Below, in pieces: positions 15,893 to 20,000 of a stretch of DNA of 20,000 nt. The notes beneath the pieces were generated by a model. It had not been told where the DNA came from and made no database searches. It was given only the letters and a program-made list of their open reading frames with translations. Source of the stretch: an uncultured virus (IMG/VR IMGVR_UViG_3300027708_000001) (Duplodnaviria > Heunggongvirae > Uroviricota > Caudoviricetes). The DNA lies in IMG/VR virus record IMGVR_UViG_3300027708_000001. One strand, given 5' to 3'. A program made the translations under genes and the position numbers. Position 1 is the stretch's first letter. Each line of letters starts with the position of its first letter.

Positions 15893-16642
15893 CTATAGGT
15901 TCGTTAAATGTTCAAGTTTATTTGATTTCTTTACCTGTCTTACCTCTAACATCTTTGCCCTCCATAAGGGGTTAGCCCACAAAGCTTTCGCTGCAGCCTT
16001 CTTTGCGGCCTTAACTTCTGCCCTATTTGCAATCTCTTTATTATTCGCTGTCTGTCTAACTGCATATTCTGGATCTGCCCATTGTGCGCTAGCTTGAGCA
16101 CTTGTCTTAGCTCTAGATTCTGCTGTACTGCGGGAGGCTTTAATACTAGCGGCTAGCTCTACCCCTTTCTTTACCCAAAGCTTCTTACTATTTTTAGACT
16201 TTATTTCAAGCGCTTCCGGGGTACTTTGGGCTATTTTCTGACTAGCTATTACTTTGGATCTATATTCAGCGCGTTGCCATTTATCTAGCGAATCTACCCG
16301 TATGGATTCTTTCTGCCTTTCTGTGCGTATCGCACCCGATGCTCCCTCCCCACCATCGGTTCGATTAAATAGCGTCCCCGTCCCTAAATCCTTACGCCCA
16401 TACAGGGATATTAGTTCAATTTCCTTAGCAAATGCTTCCTCTTCTCTCTCTGTTTCAAAGACACGCTCACAAATTGCAGTTAACCCACGTTGTTTTAAAT
16501 GCGAAATAAAGTCTTGAAACGGTTTGTTATGCGACCCCCTAGACCAATGAGATATATCTCTATCTCCAGTACCTTTGCCAACATACACAGGCTGCCCTAA
16601 TTTAAGCGGTCGTGGGTCGCGGTAAATATATACGTAGAACAT
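15893..16642 (-). CDS. Free-standing GIY-YIG endonuclease (putative homing endonuclease, 249 aa)
   Basis: FYVYIYRDP...VYVGKG...R...H...E(AFAKE)...LFNRTDGGEG is a GIY-YIG catalytic module. The basic helical C-terminus has repeated W-x-x-(P/A)-(E/L)-(Y/W) motifs. Start revised to ATG 16642, which follows GGAGAG. Confidence 0.88.
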   Translation of the reverse strand: MFYVYIYRDPRPLKLGQPVYVGKGTGDRDISHWSRGSHNKPFQDFISHLKQRGLTAICERVFETEREEEAFAKEIELISLYGRKDLGTGTLFNRTDGGEGASGAIRTERQKESIRVDSLDKWQRAEYRSKVIASQKIAQSTPEALEIKSKNSKKLWVKKGVELAASIKASRSTAESRAKTSAQASAQWADPEYAVRQTANNKEIANRAEVKAAKKAAAKALWANPLWRAKMLEVRQVKKSNKLEHLTNL

Positions 16643-16670
16643 TTTGCTCTCCAATTAACGATTAAGGATT

Positions 16671-16699
16671 ATCTTACCTTAATGGACGGAGAATTCCAA
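16671..16699 (-). promoter_or_regulatory. Sigma70-like promoter for the endonuclease gene
   Basis: TTGGAA (16699-16694), 17-nt spacer, TAAGAT (16676-16671). Lies downstream of the capsid terminator. Confidence 0.5.
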
Positions 16700-16761
16700 C
16701 TAAAATTCGTAACGCTTTACGAAAATAAACCATGAGTTACGATACAGGTAATATGCGCTGT

Positions 16762-16791
16762 AAATAAAAACCCCGCTTTGTGGGCGGGGTT
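16762..16791 (-). terminator. Intrinsic terminator after the major capsid gene
   Basis: Minus strand AACCCCGC-CCACAAA-GCGGGGUU-UUUAUUU. Confidence 0.85.
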
Positions 16792-16815
16792 AGTGATACT
16801 AAGTGCTTGATTTTA

Positions 16816-17718
16816 TTAATAAGAACCGTAAATACCTAGTGGGTCAGACCAACCAAAAGAGTAACGCTCACGGGACTTATAACGCACGTTGCCTGTATCG
16901 AAGTCTCCATCCATGGAGTTCTGTAAGGGCATACGCTCAAACATCTTCAAGCCGTTGGGAACGTCAGTGGTCAAGAACCATGCGTTGGTTGCGGTCAAGA
17001 AGTGGTTAATTGTGTAACCTTCAGGGATGGAACCATTGTTTTCAATGGCGTTAATGTCGTTGTTGTTAGTGCCAACGCGCAGTTTGGTTTCGAGCAAACG
17101 AGTTGCAACGAACTGTAGTGCGGGAGGAACAATCAACTTACGGGGCTTAGCAGCGATCAGCAGACCACGCTCATCCGTCCATGCAGCGATCTGAATAACA
17201 GCGTTTTCCAACGAAGTTTCGTTCAGGTCAGCAGCGGTTTGGGGAGTGTTGCCATTGGTGCCACCGTTGGACAAGGGGTGAGCAGTATTCAGCAACGATA
17301 CGCCATCACCACCAACGAATTGGGCTGAGTAGGCATTGTTGAGAATAGAAGCTGCTTTAACTTGTTTGGTGTACGCCATAGCGCGTGCCAAAGCTTTGGT
17401 ATAACGAGCAGACAAGGAGTCATACAAGTTATCTTCAATCGCTTCTTCGGTCAGAGAGAAGCCAAGAGCAACGGTCTCGTGCTGATAACGTGCGGTCCAA
17501 GCTTCTTGACCGTTGTCATAAGCAATTGCTGCACCTTCAGCCTTAACTGGAGCAGCGGAGAAACCAGTCAACTTGGTCTCTTCTTCAAATGAACGCTCGG
17601 AAGATTCGATCTCATAAATTTCTTTATGCTCTTCACCGTAGCGTGCGTACTCCAGACCGAACAATGCGTTCAGGCCGGGGAGCAATTCTTTAAGTAACTG
17701 TGCGCGTGAAATTGCCAT
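16816..17718 (-). CDS. Major capsid protein (Mu gpT-like, HK97 fold; 300 aa)
   Basis: MAISRAQLLKELLPGLNALFGLEY...EEAIEDNLY...PRKLIVPPAL...WFLTTD...RERYSFGWSD. Follows the scaffold, is followed by a strong terminator, and shows codon usage typical of a highly expressed gene. Confidence 0.92.
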   Translation of the reverse strand: MAISRAQLLKELLPGLNALFGLEYARYGEEHKEIYEIESSERSFEEETKLTGFSAAPVKAEGAAIAYDNGQEAWTARYQHETVALGFSLTEEAIEDNLYDSLSARYTKALARAMAYTKQVKAASILNNAYSAQFVGGDGVSLLNTAHPLSNGGTNGNTPQTAADLNETSLENAVIQIAAWTDERGLLIAAKPRKLIVPPALQFVATRLLETKLRVGTNNNDINAIENNGSIPEGYTINHFLTATNAWFLTTDVPNGLKMFERMPLQNSMDGDFDTGNVRYKSRERYSFGWSDPLGIYGSY

Positions 17719-17731
17719 GTTAGATTACCCC

Positions 17732-18586
17732 TTAAGCGATTGAAGTAGCGGAGTAATAGCCATGCAACGCTTGGTTGAACTTGACTAATACTTCTGGATA
17801 TTGAGTGAACACCAAGGTAGCACCCGCTGCAATAGCAGTGGAAGGTGCTTGGTTCAGGATGATTGAAGTAGAACCAGCGGCTACAGGAGCGCCAGTACCA
17901 GCACCAATCACGAATGAACCAGTACCAATGTACTGACCATTGGAAGCCAAGGAACCTACTTCAGTACCTACGGGCAGAGCGAAAGGAATGCCAGAAGCAG
18001 TCGTAATCGTCGCAGTAGCAATTGAAGAGAAGGTCGAGGTGCCAAGAGCAATAGCAGTGTCACGCACGATGTCAACAACACGGAAAGGCAGGGTGGTGGT
18101 AACAGGAGTGGCGTAAGGAGCCAGAATACCGTTGTACGAATCGCCAGTATTCAAGTTACCTGCCAAGTCTGAACCAGACACGTTCTGACCAATCAATGAG
18201 GTGTTAGCAGATGCAAGGGTCATACCACCTTGGGTAGAAACCATTACTGCTTTCAACACTTGATCAGGATCATCAGCAACAACAGCCATTGCATCACCAG
18301 CTAAAGTACCGCCAATCCAGTTTTGTGCGTAGAAAGGTTGCTTGGTTGATGGGTTAGTGTAAGACACGCCCAAGAACACGCCAACGGTTTGATCAGCAGT
18401 TGTACCAGTGGTAACACTAGCACGTGTGATGTATCCGCGGGACAGAACAACTAAGTCACCGTAGAAGATATTGGTAGAGTAAGCATACTGCATGGGCAAC
18501 TTGCGGGTTGCGCCAGCGTACACTTGACCACCAATAAGATTCTGCGGCTTGAACCCGTAAGGGGCAGGGATGTTAGGATAAGCCAT
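17732..18586 (-). CDS. Putative capsid decoration / minor capsid protein (284 aa)
   Basis: APYGFKP...IFYGDLV...VGVFLG...VADDPD motifs. Sits immediately upstream of the capsid gene and has similar codon usage. Confidence 0.7.
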   Translation of the reverse strand: MAYPNIPAPYGFKPQNLIGGQVYAGATRKLPMQYAYSTNIFYGDLVVLSRGYITRASVTTGTTADQTVGVFLGVSYTNPSTKQPFYAQNWIGGTLAGDAMAVVADDPDQVLKAVMVSTQGGMTLASANTSLIGQNVSGSDLAGNLNTGDSYNGILAPYATPVTTTLPFRVVDIVRDTAIALGTSTFSSIATATITTASGIPFALPVGTEVGSLASNGQYIGTGSFVIGAGTGAPVAAGSTSIILNQAPSTAIAAGATLVFTQYPEVLVKFNQALHGYYSATSIA

Positions 18587-18601
18587 TTAAATCTCCATAA
18601 G

Positions 18602-19051
18602 TTATTTGCGACCGCCAAAACTTACTGATGTCCTACGCTCATTAAACAAGGGCATACGAGGGTCATTCTGGCGCATAAGGTTGTTATCTACTGCTTCTGC
18701 TTGCTGTTTGGTTATGTTCGCGTAGTACTCAGCTTGCTGAACACCAAACTCTTCAGGACGTTTGCAGAGAAGTAAACCACCAATCTCGATCTCTCCGGCG
18801 AACCGTCCTTCTCGACTGGCAATCATCTTAAGCTTAGGTTGCTCTGATACTGGCACGGGCTCCCATCCTTCCCTCATCTTAGATGAGATGTTACGGGGGT
18901 CCTGCTCGTTCAACATTGAAACCCTAATCCACTTGTACTCAAACCCAGCTTGCTTGTCCGGCTCGGGCAAAAGTTCAGGGGGCATCCATTGTTTAGGACG
19001 CTCGGCAAATTCACGATTTTCTACTTCTCTAGCTACTCGATTTTCAGCCAT
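18602..19051 (-). CDS. Conserved head-module protein of unknown function (149 aa)
   Basis: YKWIRVS...REGWEPV...GGLLLCK motifs. Lies between the scaffold and decoration genes, with SD AGGAG. Confidence 0.8.
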   Translation of the reverse strand: MAENRVAREVENREFAERPKQWMPPELLPEPDKQAGFEYKWIRVSMLNEQDPRNISSKMREGWEPVPVSEQPKLKMIASREGRFAGEIEIGGLLLCKRPEEFGVQQAEYYANITKQQAEAVDNNLMRQNDPRMPLFNERRTSVSFGGRK

Positions 19052-19052
19052 G

Positions 19053-20000
19053 TCAGGCTCCTACTTTTAAAAATTCACGAACATAATGTTCAGGAGTAAT
19101 CCCAAGCTTCTTAATTACTGCTACTTGTGATTGCGTTAACCGGACTTTCTTTGGTGCTGTTGACCGAGTAGCCGGGGCCACATTCGTAGTAGGCCGCGAC
19201 TTAGGCTTACTAGGTGTGGAGTCTTCAACATTGTCGTTGAAATATTCCGCAAAGCGTTTACGCATAGTTGAGTCTAACTTAGCGTAGTATTCTTCCGACC
19301 CTATAACAACACCTTGGTTTTTTAACTTTTCATGCAGCCCTAAAGCTGATGCTGTCATTTCTGGGTCTTGCCCAAACCAAGGGTTTTCCTGTTGCCAACG
19401 CATAACTTGTGCGTCAGGTGTTGGTACAGTGGGTACTTGTACTTGTGGTTGTACATTAAAGCTTTCTTGTTGTAAAGGTGGTAGCTTAAAATTCTTAGCA
19501 CGATCTAATAACATCTGTGCTTTATTAAGCTCTTCTTGCGCCTCTACTAGTGCATCAGAGTCCCCTGCTTCATGCGCTTGCTTATACGCATCTTTAGCGG
19601 CTTTATGCCGCAACTTAGCAGTTTCTTCTAACGCTTCTTTGTAGGATAGCTCTCCTTCAGAAAGCATAGATTTAATACGCTTGTTTTCTTCTGCAAGGTA
19701 TCTAGCGGCTTCAAGGGTAGCTTGTTGTTCGCGTAAGGCAGCTTCTTTGGCACGGCGTTCATCGTTCCAAATCCGCTTCATCTTGATGATCTTATCTTTC
19801 GCGTCCTTACTATATTTATCAAGGTCATCAACCTCAACTTCTAACTGCCGAACTTTCTCGGGGTCAGAGGGGGTACGGTTGCGATCCTCTTCAGGAACAT
19901 CGTCTTCGATCTCGATCTCAATCTCGCCACCTTCTGCAAGTCCTTCTACAGGGGTGTCGTTCTCAAGCTCATCGGGGAACTTAAACTCTGGGGTATCTAA
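19053..20000 (-). CDS. Capsid scaffolding protein, 5'-truncated by the window edge (>315 aa)
   Basis: The frame is open to position 20000 (LDTPEFKFPDELENDTPVEGLAEGGEIEIEIEDD...). Acidic N-terminus, coiled coil, ENPWFG, and C-terminal LTQSQVAVIKKLGITPEHY helix-turn-helix fit a scaffold. Confidence 0.8.
   Translation of the reverse strand, partial: LDTPEFKFPDELENDTPVEGLAEGGEIEIEIEDDVPEEDRNRTPSDPEKVRQLEVEVDDLDKYSKDAKDKIIKMKRIWNDERRAKEAALREQQATLEAARYLAEENKRIKSMLSEGELSYKEALEETAKLRHKAAKDAYKQAHEAGDSDALVEAQEELNKAQMLLDRAKNFKLPPLQQESFNVQPQVQVPTVPTPDAQVMRWQQENPWFGQDPEMTASALGLHEKLKNQGVVIGSEEYYAKLDSTMRKRFAEYFNDNVEDSTPSKPKSRPTTNVAPATRSTAPKKVRLTQSQVAVIKKLGITPEHYVREFLKVGA

Noticed and set aside
15860..16815. 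Group I intron hosting the GIY-YIG gene
   Set aside because: Flanking genes are intact, the non-coding flanks are short, and no P7-like core was recognised. A terminator and promoter-like element point to a free-standing gene.
16790..16830. T7-like frameshift extension of the capsid protein
   Set aside because: The gene ends in tandem TAA TAA followed closely by a strong terminator, with no slippery site or extended frame.
192..19644. All + strand ORFs in the track (e.g. 192-425, 1479-1814, 12933-13358, 13879-14253, 18762-19070)
   Set aside because: They are antisense shadows of well-supported - strand genes and show no recognisable motifs.

Overview
This window is the virion-morphogenesis operon of a tailed dsDNA phage, coded entirely on the - strand. 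It resembles uncultured aquatic phages with a 'Mu gpT-like' major capsid protein, and no tape measure, sheath or tube gene is seen. Read right to left, the order is: scaffold (5' end outside the window), a conserved 149-aa protein, a minor capsid/decoration protein, the major capsid protein, a terminator, a free-standing GIY-YIG endonuclease with its own promoter, a triple-helix pseudoknotted RNA element (probably Mu-gpT-DE), two small virion proteins, a cluster of small Lys-rich proteins with recurring [FYML]xxGG motifs, two head-tail connector-like proteins, a CxxC protein and tail-base proteins. Next come two receptor-binding modules that share one N-terminal anchor domain: a four-gene cassette and a 1132-aa repeat fibre with a peptidase S74 chaperone. 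The operon ends with a 56-aa gene preceded by an H-type pseudoknot and a >624-aa Lys-free acidic repeat protein that runs off the left edge. Three genes missing from the ORF track were recovered by hand (<2-1873, 1922-2092, 13339-13476) and several starts were revised. The best novelty candidates are the putative GG-motif processing/encapsidation system, the two cis-acting RNA pseudoknots and the duplicated-anchor multi-gene fibre cassette. All family assignments come from motif recognition, not database searches.
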